This document shows, in pieces, positions 44,600 through 53,503 of a stretch of DNA of 64,000 nt (positions are counted from its first letter, which is position 1; every line of letters starts with the position of its first letter). The stretch comes from an uncultured Gammaproteobacteria bacterium. Its GTDB lineage: Bacteria > Pseudomonadota > Gammaproteobacteria > Natronospirales > JAIVGZ01. A model generated the notes under the pieces. That model ran no database searches. It was given only the letters and a program-made list of their open reading frames with translations, and was not told the origin of the DNA. A program made the position numbers and the translations under genes. The stretch is from assembly GCA_964552205.1 (NCBI GenBank), contig CAZKFT010000006.1, positions 7,612-71,611 of the forward strand, in the 5' to 3' direction.

Positions 44600-44905
44600 A
44601 TGGAAAAACGATTCGAGTCCTTCCGCGAGTTCTACCCTTATTACCTGTCTGAGCACAGCGATGTGAATTGTCGGCGCTTACATTTCGCAGGATCCACGCT
44701 GGCACTGGCTTTTCTGGCGACGGCTGTCATCACCCTGAACCCGTGGTGGGTTTTGGCCGGACTGGTAGCGGGCTACGGATTTGCGTGGGTGGGACACTTC
44801 GTTTTTGAGAAAAACAAGCCGGCAACCTTCAAATACCCGTTTTACAGTTTTGCCGGAGATTGGGTGATGTACGTGGATATCCTGAGGGGGAGAGTGACGC
44901 TATGA
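44600..44905 (+). CDS. DUF962 (Mpo1-like) membrane protein
   Basis: FREFYPYYLSEH....NCRRLHF.G...WVGHFVFEKNKPATFKYP is the DUF962 signature. Confidence 0.75.
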   Translation: MEKRFESFREFYPYYLSEHSDVNCRRLHFAGSTLALAFLATAVITLNPWWVLAGLVAGYGFAWVGHFVFEKNKPATFKYPFYSFAGDWVMYVDILRGRVTL

Positions 44906-45372
44906 ATGAGACTGTTTCCTCCCGCGCACTGTTCACCCGGTTCCCACAGGCCATTTTCATTGGGCTATTGATATTTGCCGTGTTGCTGCAGTGGTGGGCA
45001 GCATGGCCTTTGCCCGCCGTCCCGAACCGCGCGTGGTTTGGCGGGGGCGTCATCCTTGTGGGATTGGTGCTCATCCTGTGGGCCATCCTGGAAATGCGCG
45101 CATTGAAGACCTCGCCATTGCCATGGGTTCAGACCGAGGCATTGGTCAAGTTCGGCCCGTACCGCTTCAGCCGCAACCCCATCTACCTGGGTGACGTGTT
45201 CATCATGGTGGGCCTCGGTCTGGTTTTCGCCAACACCTGGATGCTTCTGGCCGCGGCTGCATCCATGCCGCTCTCCCGCATGTTGGTCATCCGGCATGAG
45301 GAGGAATACATGGCGGAGCGTTTTGGCGCCGAGTGGCTGGGCTATGCGGAACGGGTAAGGCGCTGGCTCTGA
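44902..45372 (+). CDS. Isoprenylcysteine carboxyl / phospholipid methyltransferase-family membrane protein
   Basis: GPYRFSRNPIYLG motif of the ICMT/PEMT family. ATGA overlap with the DUF962 gene. Confidence 0.75.
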   Translation: MNETVSSRALFTRFPQAIFIGLLIFAVLLQWWAAWPLPAVPNRAWFGGGVILVGLVLILWAILEMRALKTSPLPWVQTEALVKFGPYRFSRNPIYLGDVFIMVGLGLVFANTWMLLAAAASMPLSRMLVIRHEEEYMAERFGAEWLGYAERVRRWL

Positions 45373-46250
45373 CCGAATACCGAAAAGGTTTGTGGTATGG
45401 CTTGGGTGCGTTCCTCTTCTGGGGTTTTGCCCCCTTGTACTTCAAAGCAGTAGGGCATGTTCCCGCCATTGAACTCCTCGGCCACCGAGTGGTGTGGGCG
45501 GTACTGATGCTGGCCGTAGTGGTTTGGTGGATGAAGGCTTGGAGAACCCTCGACCGCCGCGCGCTAGGTCTCCTGTGCGTCAGTGCAGCCCTCATCGGCA
45601 CCAACTGGTTGGTATACATCATCGCGGTGAACACCGACCGGCTGCTGGAAGCCAGTCTCGGCTACTACATCAACCCCTTGGTGAGCATGGTACTGGGTGT
45701 GTTTTTCCTGGGTGAACGCCTACGCACGTTTCAGTGGGTCGCAGTGGCCTTGGCAGCTGTAGGAACCGCCTGGATGGCAGTGGCTCAGGGGGGATTGCCA
45801 TGGATAACGTTGGTGCTGGCTTTCAGTTTTGGCTTCTACGGGTTAGTCCGCAAGACGGTACAGGCGGAATCATTGCAGGGATTGTTCATAGAAACCCTGC
45901 TGATCGCGCCGTTCGCATATGCGGGAATCCTCTGGCTGGTTTGGAACGGACAGGGCAGCTTTCTGCATGAAGGGCCAGTCAACGACCTGTTGTTGGTGAC
46001 TGCCGGTGTGGTAACCACTGTGCCACTCCTCTGGTTTACACAGGCAGCGCGGCGCCTGCCGCTCACCACACTTGGATTCATGCAGTACCTAGCGCCCACC
46101 ATCGGTTTCTGTCTGGCGGTGTTCGTGTTCAAGGAGCCATTCGACGGCGGACGGCTGGTGGCGTTCACATTCATTTGGGCTGCTGTCGCGCTCTACCTTG
46201 GCGGCATCGCATGGATTCACCGCCGCAGTGCGGTATGGCGGAATGTATAA
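45333..46250 (+). CDS. rarD: EamA/RarD-family transporter
   Basis: Aligns by eye with E. coli RarD (FLFWGFAPLYFK, LEASLGYYINPLV, GERLR..QW, TVPLLWFTQAARRL). Start uncertain (ATG 45333 overlaps the upstream gene by 40 nt). Confidence 0.85.
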   Translation: MAGLCGTGKALALTEYRKGLWYGLGAFLFWGFAPLYFKAVGHVPAIELLGHRVVWAVLMLAVVVWWMKAWRTLDRRALGLLCVSAALIGTNWLVYIIAVNTDRLLEASLGYYINPLVSMVLGVFFLGERLRTFQWVAVALAAVGTAWMAVAQGGLPWITLVLAFSFGFYGLVRKTVQAESLQGLFIETLLIAPFAYAGILWLVWNGQGSFLHEGPVNDLLLVTAGVVTTVPLLWFTQAARRLPLTTLGFMQYLAPTIGFCLAVFVFKEPFDGGRLVAFTFIWAAVALYLGGIAWIHRRSAVWRNV

Positions 46251-46259
46251 TCACTCGCT

Positions 46260-46826
46260 GTGAACGGACTCCCTGAATTGGCCATCATTGCATTACCAAT
46301 CCTCCTCGCCGGTGTGGCCTTGTTTTTCTGGTGGCATCATCGTCGCCGTGGCGCTGAAGCGACTCTTGCCAGACTGATGAAGGAGCGTAGCCAGGCCTGG
46401 GTCAGGGAGTTGTACATTCCCGATGGGATGGATGGGCAGATTCATGTCCCGAATGTCATCAGGACAGCGGCAGGCTTCGTGGTCATAGACGTTATCCGGG
46501 TGCACGGCTCCGTTTTCGGTGGTGAACAGATTGACGATTGGACCGTCATCGTCAACGGGCACTCGCGAAAATTCCGCAACCCAGTCACCACAAACCGGGC
46601 GCGGGTTCTGGCAGTCCGTGGTCTGGTTCCGGGTGTACCCATCCATGGGCGGGTTGTGCTCCTGGGCGATGTTGCGTTCCCTAAAGGCTGTCCGAAGGAT
46701 GTCCTGACGCTGGACACGCTTGGCGCGGAGCTTGCCGGCCTACCTGCTGCATCCGGCAGCAGAGACTGGGACGAGGCTTGGTACGGTTTGGCCGCCTGCG
46801 CTAACGCGCGGCAGGATGCTGTTTGA
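46260..46826 (+). CDS. Membrane-anchored NERD (nuclease-related domain)-like protein
   Basis: N-terminal TM helix, then the pattern GQIHVPNVIRTAAGFVVIDV...G..FGG...D.W....NG....F.NP resembling NERD. GTG start. Assignment from memory of the motif only. Confidence 0.6.
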   Translation: MNGLPELAIIALPILLAGVALFFWWHHRRRGAEATLARLMKERSQAWVRELYIPDGMDGQIHVPNVIRTAAGFVVIDVIRVHGSVFGGEQIDDWTVIVNGHSRKFRNPVTTNRARVLAVRGLVPGVPIHGRVVLLGDVAFPKGCPKDVLTLDTLGAELAGLPAASGSRDWDEAWYGLAACANARQDAV

Positions 46827-47565
46827 ACCAGGCTGATAGTTGTTCATACAACGCAGGGTGATGATTTTTGAGGTCCACCGGCTGGTCGAAGAACATCTCA
46901 ACGCAGACAGCAAAGAACTCACCTGGATTCTCGGCGGCGTAAGGGTCCAGCCAAGTCTGTTCACCGCTCTCCAGTCGTTCGACCAGATCATCAAAGGCCC
47001 CTTGGAACGCATCGGTCCACGCCGTGACCGCCATGCCGGGGTGCAGCGGTGGAATCCCGTTCACAGAACCGTCCAGGGCATCGAGCTTGTGGGCGAATTC
47101 GTGCGCGACCACATTGAAGCCTCTTCCGTGGCCACTGTTGACGACATCGGTCCAGGACAGGACTACAGGACCGCGTTCCCAGGCCTCACCTGCGAGAATA
47201 TCGTCGGAGGTATGTACGATGCCCGCCTCATCGGTTTCCATGCGCTCCCTGACCACGAACTCACCCGGATAGACAATCACCGAGAGGAAACCTTCGTAAT
47301 AATCAAGGTCCAGGTTCAGGATGGGTAGACAAGCCAGGGCTGCAATCCGTACGCGGGCATTCTCGTCGAGTGTCATCCCTCCTGCAGGCTCAAAAGTTTT
47401 TTCCTGAAGGAAGAGCAGAACCAAATCGTGCAGTCGTGCGCGCTCAGCATCGTCCAGCCCATGGAATACGCGCACTTGCCGCAGCGTCTCCATCCAGAGG
47501 GTAGGGGGAATTCGGTGGCGTGCCAAAGCACGCTTCCTGCGCCAGTTTCGTAGTAGTGGAAACAT
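46801..47565 (-). CDS. mtfA: MtfA-type M90 zinc metallopeptidase
   Basis: HEFAHKLD zinc motif. Collinear by eye with E. coli MtfA (GEAW..GPVVLSW, NPGEFFAV.E.FF). Confidence 0.85.
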   Translation of the reverse strand: MFPLLRNWRRKRALARHRIPPTLWMETLRQVRVFHGLDDAERARLHDLVLLFLQEKTFEPAGGMTLDENARVRIAALACLPILNLDLDYYEGFLSVIVYPGEFVVRERMETDEAGIVHTSDDILAGEAWERGPVVLSWTDVVNSGHGRGFNVVAHEFAHKLDALDGSVNGIPPLHPGMAVTAWTDAFQGAFDDLVERLESGEQTWLDPYAAENPGEFFAVCVEMFFDQPVDLKNHHPALYEQLSAWFKQHPAAR

Positions 47566-47618
47566 TGTTGAATGATATCGCCTTTACTTCGTGGCCTACG
47601 CCTGTGAGGATTGGGGGC

Positions 47619-48515
47619 ATGGGAAGATTAATCAAGGGTAAATGGTCCACCGAGTGGTATGACACCGAGTCCACCGGCGGGAAGTTCGAACGAGAAGACT
47701 CGGGTTTTAGAGAGTGGGTGAGTGTGCGGGAACCAGGGCGCTATCACCTGTATGTCTCCTTGGCCTGTCCTTGGGCACACCGGACGCTGATATTCAGGCA
47801 GTTGAAGGGTCTGGCCGGGGACATATCGGTGTCAGTAGTGGACCCATACATGGGCGACGATGGCTGGGCGTTCAGCGACGGCCCTGCCTGCATACCCGAT
47901 GTCGTGAACGGCAAACGCTTCATGCACGAGATTTATACTCTCGCCAAGCCGGATTACTCAGGAAGGGTCACTGTCCCAGTGTTGTGGGACAAGGAAAAGG
48001 CAACCATCGTCAACAACGAGTCCTCGGAGATCATTAGGATCTTCAACGACATTGGTGACGGCCCCGATTTCTATCCGAAGGCACTGCGCGGGGCCATTGA
48101 CGATATCAACGCGTTCGTTTACGACCGCGTGAACAATGGCGTCTACAAGGCTGGCTTTGCCACCAAGCAGAAGGTGTATGAAGAGGCGTTCACCCAGCTC
48201 TTCGATGCCTTGGATACCTTGGAGGAGTTGCTCTCTAACCAACCCTACCTGGTAGGCGATACGCTGACAGAAGCCGATTGGAGGCTGTTCACGACCTTGA
48301 TCCGCTTCGACCCCGTCTATGTCGGGCACTTCAAATGCAACAAGCGACGTATTGCGGATTACCCTGCCTTGTCACGGCTGGTCAGTGAGTTGTATCGAGT
48401 TCCGGGTGTTGCCGACACGGTGGATTTCCGCCACATCAAAGAGCATTACTACCGAAGCCACCCGACCATCAACCCGAACGGCATCGTCCCTGCAGGACCT
48501 GATTGGCAGCCCTGA
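47619..48515 (+). CDS. yqjG: Glutathionyl-hydroquinone reductase (Xi-class GST)
   Basis: MGRLIKGKWSTEWYDTESTGGKFER, YHLYVSLACPWAHRT and GRVTVPVLWDK closely track E. coli YqjG. The track start 47520 is an upstream extension. Confidence 0.9.
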   Translation: MGRLIKGKWSTEWYDTESTGGKFEREDSGFREWVSVREPGRYHLYVSLACPWAHRTLIFRQLKGLAGDISVSVVDPYMGDDGWAFSDGPACIPDVVNGKRFMHEIYTLAKPDYSGRVTVPVLWDKEKATIVNNESSEIIRIFNDIGDGPDFYPKALRGAIDDINAFVYDRVNNGVYKAGFATKQKVYEEAFTQLFDALDTLEELLSNQPYLVGDTLTEADWRLFTTLIRFDPVYVGHFKCNKRRIADYPALSRLVSELYRVPGVADTVDFRHIKEHYYRSHPTINPNGIVPAGPDWQP

Positions 48516-49075
48516 GAGGTAAGCGTCAGCGCTGGGCAGCTTGGCTTCTCGCCATGGGTGGTTGGCATGTCGAGGGCGATGTGCCGCCAATCGACAAGGC
48601 GGTGCTCGCAATCGCCCCTCATACCTCGAACTGGGATTTCCTCGTTCTCGTACTGGCGAAATTCACACTGGGTCTGAACGTCACTTTCATCGGCAAACAC
48701 ACGATTTTTTTGGGGCCTTTCGGTTGGTGGCTGCGCAGTATGGGTGGCATTCCCGTGGACCGGTCCAAGCCCGGCGGCATCGTTGAGCAAATGATTGATG
48801 AGATGCGCCGAGCTGACTGCATGTATTTTGCTTTGGCACCGGAAGGAACACGCAGTTTGAGGGCGGGTTGGAAAACGGGGTTCTACCGTATTGCTGTGGG
48901 TGCCGCCGCGCCGATTGTTCCCATCATCATTGACGCGGGCAGAAAGCAGGTACGCATTGGCGAACCCTTGATTTGCCGCGGGGAGCTTGATGAGGATTTC
49001 CGAAGGCTGGAGGCAGTATTCGCCAATGCGACTGGAATCCGTGCCACACTGGCCTCTCCCGTGAAGCCACTTTGA
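48503..49075 (+). CDS. Lysophospholipid (1-acyl-glycerol-3-phosphate type) acyltransferase-family protein
   Basis: HX4D motif APHTSNWDF and the EGTR motif. TTG start overlaps the yqjG end. Confidence 0.8.
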   Translation: MAALRGKRQRWAAWLLAMGGWHVEGDVPPIDKAVLAIAPHTSNWDFLVLVLAKFTLGLNVTFIGKHTIFLGPFGWWLRSMGGIPVDRSKPGGIVEQMIDEMRRADCMYFALAPEGTRSLRAGWKTGFYRIAVGAAAPIVPIIIDAGRKQVRIGEPLICRGELDEDFRRLEAVFANATGIRATLASPVKPL

Positions 49076-49085
49076 GGAGAACCTG

Positions 49086-49481
49086 ATGCCATTCGAACTT
49101 CAGATGCTCGGTTGGACGACGCTACTGGTGCTGTTGGCATTCCTGCCGGGATCGATTGCCAAGCGTCAGGCGTACGGCGATCGGTGGTTGCTTTCCAATC
49201 GTGAACCGGAAGGTCTCCCTCCATTGACAGGGTGGGGCGGCCGCGCGGTCCGCGCTCATGAGAACCTGAAAGAGAATTTCCCGGCGTTTGCCGCTGCCGT
49301 TCTCTTGCTGGTGGTTGCCAACAAGTATGGAGGCCAGGGCACGGAGTTTGCGGCCTCCCTGTTCCTCGTAGCGCGGCTTGTGCACATGGGGTCCTACTTG
49401 GCTGGATGGTTCTGGCCCCGCACCATCGCCTGGGCGACGGGTTGGGGCGCTACCATCTACATCGTTTTCAAAGCGCTCTAG
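49086..49481 (+). CDS. MAPEG-family membrane protein
   Basis: 131 aa with 3-4 TM helices. R.H.N..ENFP.F and ARL.H motifs of MAPEG. Confidence 0.75.
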   Translation: MPFELQMLGWTTLLVLLAFLPGSIAKRQAYGDRWLLSNREPEGLPPLTGWGGRAVRAHENLKENFPAFAAAVLLLVVANKYGGQGTEFAASLFLVARLVHMGSYLAGWFWPRTIAWATGWGATIYIVFKAL

Positions 49482-49506
49482 TTCATCCCCATCCGCCGCC
49501 CCGCGG

Positions 49507-52500
49507 CTAATCCTCGAACCAGAGGCGCCCGCGCGCGCGTTCGCGAGGCCACACCTCGTTCATCGTGCGGGCGTCGTAGAGGCGTCCATTCACCATGGTG
49601 TAACGGATGTGCTCCGAGTTGCGGATATCGTCGAGCGGGTTCTGTTCCAGTACGATGAGATCGGCCAGCTTGCCGGGTTCCAGCGAGCCCAGGTGCTCAT
49701 CCATGCCGATGTACCACGCACCATTCCGCGTGCCTGCCCGCAAGGCTTCATGGGGCGTCATGCCACCCTGAACGAACATCCACAGCTCCCAATGGGCCGC
49801 TAGCCCCTCACGTTGACCGTGGGCCCCGAGTTGTACGCTGACTCCGCGGTCCAGCAAGGTCTTGGCGACGCGCGAAATGTTGATGTGGTTGTACTCCTCC
49901 TCAGGCGCCATGGTGCGCCGACGTGATGCCGGGTCCAGGACCTGACGCGGAACGAAGGTCGCCAATCGCTCGTTGGCCCAAACATCCGTGTGCTGGTACC
50001 AATAACGCTCTCCCCAGATTCCACCGTAAGCAACACCGATGGTCGGGGTATATCCAACACGGCTTTGTGACCACAGTTGCATGACATCCTCATACATGCG
50101 GGCAGGGGGAACCGAGTGCTCGATTCCCGTGTGTCCGTCAATGATCATGTTCATGTTGTGCTGGAAGGTTGCTCCGCCTTCCGGATGGACCTGCATGCCG
50201 AGCACCTGCGCTGCACGGATGACCTGCTGGCGCTGGTCACGGCGGGGCTGGTTGTAACTCTTGACACTGAAGGCTCCAATAGCCTGCATGCGCCGCAGAT
50301 GTGACAGCGCATCGTCGTAGCTGTTGATCTCCGCTGTAATTGCCGTGGTTGCGCCGTACAAAATCGTGCCCGTGGAGAAAATTCGTGGCGCGATGGCTCT
50401 GCCTGCACGCGCCATCTCCGACGAAGCGAAAATCTGTGCAGAGTTATTCGACGGGTCGTGCACAGTGGTGACACCGAAGGACAGCATCGACAGGTTCAGA
50501 TAATTCGATTGTGGCTGGACCTGGTTGGCGCCCTGCGGGCCATGGGCATGGACATCAATCAATCCAGGCATGATGGTGTGGCCGCTGGCGTCGATGACTC
50601 GGGCGCCACGGGGGACCTCGATATCGCCCGCTGCCCCAATCGCTACGATGCGGTTGTCACGGACAACAACAGTACCGTTTTCGATGACTTCGTCGTCCCG
50701 CATGGTGATGAGTCGTGCGCCCACCAGCGCAACAACGCCTTCGGGTTTGTCCAATGCGGTGGAAAACGAGATGTTGAGGCCCGATTCCGGAGCCTTGGGC
50801 AGTTCGTCAGGTGCGCCATCCACAAAGGCGAATGCATCGCGCAGCTCGAGCGTGAATAACTCCGGCCCAAGCGCCCAATGCAGGCGTTGCGAGTCACCCG
50901 ACCAATGCAGGTACTCACCGGCATCCCTCGAAACTCTTCGTATCGGTAGCGAGCGCATCGAGGGCCCGATATCCACAACGCCGCCGGTTGCAACGAACGG
51001 TGTCAGATACGCATTGAAACGCTCAGTGAATGCGACCCATTTCCCATCCGGAGACAGGGAAAACTCTGTCGCGTAGTCGCTACGCAGGTGGTCTCGTTGG
51101 TCTGCGCCTTGCATGTCGATACTTGCAAGCAGCCGCTTGCCGCTCTCGAAGCGAACGAAGAACACGCGGTCACTGTTGGCGGAATACTGTGGCTGGATTC
51201 CGCTGCGTGTCAATAAACGTGAATCTCCACCGTTGGCGGGAACCGCATACAAACCCGGGTTCATCCCCCAATGGGGTGACAACAACATGTTGCCGGTACT
51301 CTTGCGGTACACGACAGTCCGACCGTCCGGCGAGAACACCGGCTCGTGGTAATGGCCTGGCTCCCTTGTGAGGATTCGGCCCGTGCCGCCCCTCGCCGAC
51401 ACCACCCGGACGCTTGCGAGCTCGCGGTCATGCCAGGTCGTGTACACGATGTTTCGGCCGTCACGGGAGAAGGAGGGCGCGAACTCGAAGTGCTCATTCT
51501 GGCGGGTCAATCTTCGCGGGGTACCGTTGGGGAGGTCACGAACATAGAGGTGCCCAAGCGCTTGGTACACGACGCGATCACCGGAGGGGCTCACCTGCAC
51601 CCAGCGCAGCATTCGCACACCGAATGCGTCTGGGGCCGGATCCACGGCAGGACGGACCGCTTCGGCCAGCCTGCGAGTATCGTTTACGCGAAACGGGATG
51701 TTGCTGACTGCGCGTGTCCGCGTGTCGATGCGCTGGATACGTCCGTCCGCCCAGAACACGATATGGCGGGAGTCAGGGGTCCAGGCCATCGTTGGGTAAA
51801 CGCCATGAATGGCCCAAATTTCCTGGTTATCACGGTCAAGGTTTTCGAAAATCGGCGTTTCAATACCAGAACGCAGGTCTTTCAGAAACAGTACGCTCTG
51901 ATTGCGAACCCGCCGGATGAACGCCAACTGGGACCCATCGGGGGAGGGGGTAGGGCGAATTGCGCCGCCTGGGCCTCCTGCGAGGACCGTTGTGTCGCCG
52001 GTTTCCCTGTCAAGGCGCTGGATGACATAAATCTGCCCGTTCGGATCCTTGTTGTACTCGAATGTAGAGCCTGGGGTCGTGTCCTGGCTGTAGTACAGAT
52101 AGCGGCCATCTGGCGAAAGGACCGGCTCGTTCACATCTTTCTGGTCGTTCGGGCGACGAGTCAGTTGCAGCCCGGCGCCACCACCACGGTGGTACAGCCA
52201 CATCTCCCCCGCACCGGCCGATCGGGTGCCCGTGAAGTGCTTGCGGGCGACAATGTATTCGCTGTCCGGGGTCCACGCAGGCCCGTTCAGCAGGCGGAAG
52301 GTTTCGCGGGAGACTTGCTGCGGATTGGAACCATCGCGAGCCATGACCCAAATATTGTCCCCGCCGCTTCGGTCGGAGGTGAACGCGATCCAGCGACCGT
52401 CCGGGCTGAATCTGGGTTGCATGTTCCAGGCGATGCCACTGGTCAGGGCCCGCGCCTCACCACCCGCAATGGGCATGCTGTAGATGTCACCCAACAGATC

Positions 52501-52683
52501 GAAGACGACCTCACGGCCATCGGGGCTGACATCAAGGCTCATCCAGGTGCCTCGGTCGACCGAGATACTGGCCTCGTAGGTTTCGTAGGGGGGTTCAGAA
52601 ACATCCCAGCGCTCGCTGCTACTTTCTTGTGCGGCGAGTGGGAGGGCAGTTAGGGCAATGGCGAGCAGTGAAATCAGTCTCAT
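49507..52683 (-). CDS. Secreted TolB-like beta-propeller / amidohydrolase fusion protein (1058 aa)
   Basis: Signal peptide MRLISLLAIALTALPLAAQ at ATG 52683. Repeated PD40-like units (SPDGR.., FSPDG..). C-terminal metal-dependent hydrolase domain (GLIDVHAH). The track ORF to 53103 is an upstream extension. Confidence 0.85.
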   Translation of the reverse strand: MRLISLLAIALTALPLAAQESSSERWDVSEPPYETYEASISVDRGTWMSLDVSPDGREVVFDLLGDIYSMPIAGGEARALTSGIAWNMQPRFSPDGRWIAFTSDRSGGDNIWVMARDGSNPQQVSRETFRLLNGPAWTPDSEYIVARKHFTGTRSAGAGEMWLYHRGGGAGLQLTRRPNDQKDVNEPVLSPDGRYLYYSQDTTPGSTFEYNKDPNGQIYVIQRLDRETGDTTVLAGGPGGAIRPTPSPDGSQLAFIRRVRNQSVLFLKDLRSGIETPIFENLDRDNQEIWAIHGVYPTMAWTPDSRHIVFWADGRIQRIDTRTRAVSNIPFRVNDTRRLAEAVRPAVDPAPDAFGVRMLRWVQVSPSGDRVVYQALGHLYVRDLPNGTPRRLTRQNEHFEFAPSFSRDGRNIVYTTWHDRELASVRVVSARGGTGRILTREPGHYHEPVFSPDGRTVVYRKSTGNMLLSPHWGMNPGLYAVPANGGDSRLLTRSGIQPQYSANSDRVFFVRFESGKRLLASIDMQGADQRDHLRSDYATEFSLSPDGKWVAFTERFNAYLTPFVATGGVVDIGPSMRSLPIRRVSRDAGEYLHWSGDSQRLHWALGPELFTLELRDAFAFVDGAPDELPKAPESGLNISFSTALDKPEGVVALVGARLITMRDDEVIENGTVVVRDNRIVAIGAAGDIEVPRGARVIDASGHTIMPGLIDVHAHGPQGANQVQPQSNYLNLSMLSFGVTTVHDPSNNSAQIFASSEMARAGRAIAPRIFSTGTILYGATTAITAEINSYDDALSHLRRMQAIGAFSVKSYNQPRRDQRQQVIRAAQVLGMQVHPEGGATFQHNMNMIIDGHTGIEHSVPPARMYEDVMQLWSQSRVGYTPTIGVAYGGIWGERYWYQHTDVWANERLATFVPRQVLDPASRRRTMAPEEEYNHINISRVAKTLLDRGVSVQLGAHGQREGLAAHWELWMFVQGGMTPHEALRAGTRNGAWYIGMDEHLGSLEPGKLADLIVLEQNPLDDIRNSEHIRYTMVNGRLYDARTMNEVWPRERARGRLWFED

Positions 52684-52764
52684 TTTTGGTCGGGCTCCAG
52701 CTTGGAACTGTTGAACCGGCATCGTAACCGATATAGTAGGGACCGGAAAACCGGAGGTACTGTG

Positions 52765-53496
52765 ATGACTAACAAATCCAATTTCGCCCCCTTGATGTCG
52801 CTTGTGGTGGCCGCCCTGTTCGTCGCCGGATGTGATGGCTCCGTATTCGGGAGCGTGGTCATTCCTGATGGCACCCAGAATGCAACAGCGTCGCAGACCG
52901 TCAACGGGTCCATTTCCGTAGGGAATGATGTGACTGTGACCTCTGGCACGTTCCGAACTGTGAACGGTGCTGCTGTCGTTGGGCAGCGCAGCACTGTCCC
53001 TGGCATCTCGGTGGTCAACGGAGCGATTCGAATTGGTGAAGACAGCCGCACGGGTGAGTTGGAGACCGTGAACGGCGGAATCGTGTTGTCCGAGCGTGCG
53101 CAAAGTTCAAGCAACCTTCAAACCGTCAACGGTGAAATCAGGGTAGCCACCGGGGCTGCCATTGCGGGAAACGTACGGGCAGTGAACGGGCGAATCACGC
53201 TTGATGGCGTTGCCGTAGGCGGGGATATCGAAAACGTGAATGGCGGAATCACACTGTCCGGTGCAACGGTGGTTGAAGGAGACCTCATCGTACGCAGGAC
53301 GCAAGGCTTGAGCCTGGATACCTCTGATCCACCGGTTGTTGTCATCGGTGCCGAGGTACAAATCAAGGGTCGGCTCACCTTCGAGCGCACTGTGGATCTC
53401 CAGATCCATCGGGGCGCCCAAGTTGGAGAGATTACCGGTGCCACGCCGACTTGGATTGAACCCACTACCGTAACAGGCGACAACAACGAGGGTTGA
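52765..53496 (+). CDS. Repeat lipoprotein with 7 x ~20-aa VNGxI units (beta-helix-like; resembles DUF4097 'putative adhesin' type)
   Basis: Lipobox LFVAGC after ATG 52765 (SD GGAGG). Motifs TVNGSI, TVNGAA, VVNGAI, TVNGGI, TVNGEI, AVNGRI and NVNGGI at about 18-21 aa spacing. Confidence 0.7.
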   Translation: MTNKSNFAPLMSLVVAALFVAGCDGSVFGSVVIPDGTQNATASQTVNGSISVGNDVTVTSGTFRTVNGAAVVGQRSTVPGISVVNGAIRIGEDSRTGELETVNGGIVLSERAQSSSNLQTVNGEIRVATGAAIAGNVRAVNGRITLDGVAVGGDIENVNGGITLSGATVVEGDLIVRRTQGLSLDTSDPPVVVIGAEVQIKGRLTFERTVDLQIHRGAQVGEITGATPTWIEPTTVTGDNNEG

Positions 53497-53503
53497 TACC
53501 GGT

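Noticed and set aside
52684-53103. N-terminal extension making the amidohydrolase 1198 aa. There are similar upstream extensions in the track for kdsB, PTP, trxB, sufS, sufT, sufD, the Rieske gene, yqjG, rlmL, EncFtn and the 63130 ORF.
   Set aside because: Family N-termini, signal peptides, SD sequences or overlap with the upstream gene's stop all point to internal starts. The extensions overlap neighbouring genes.
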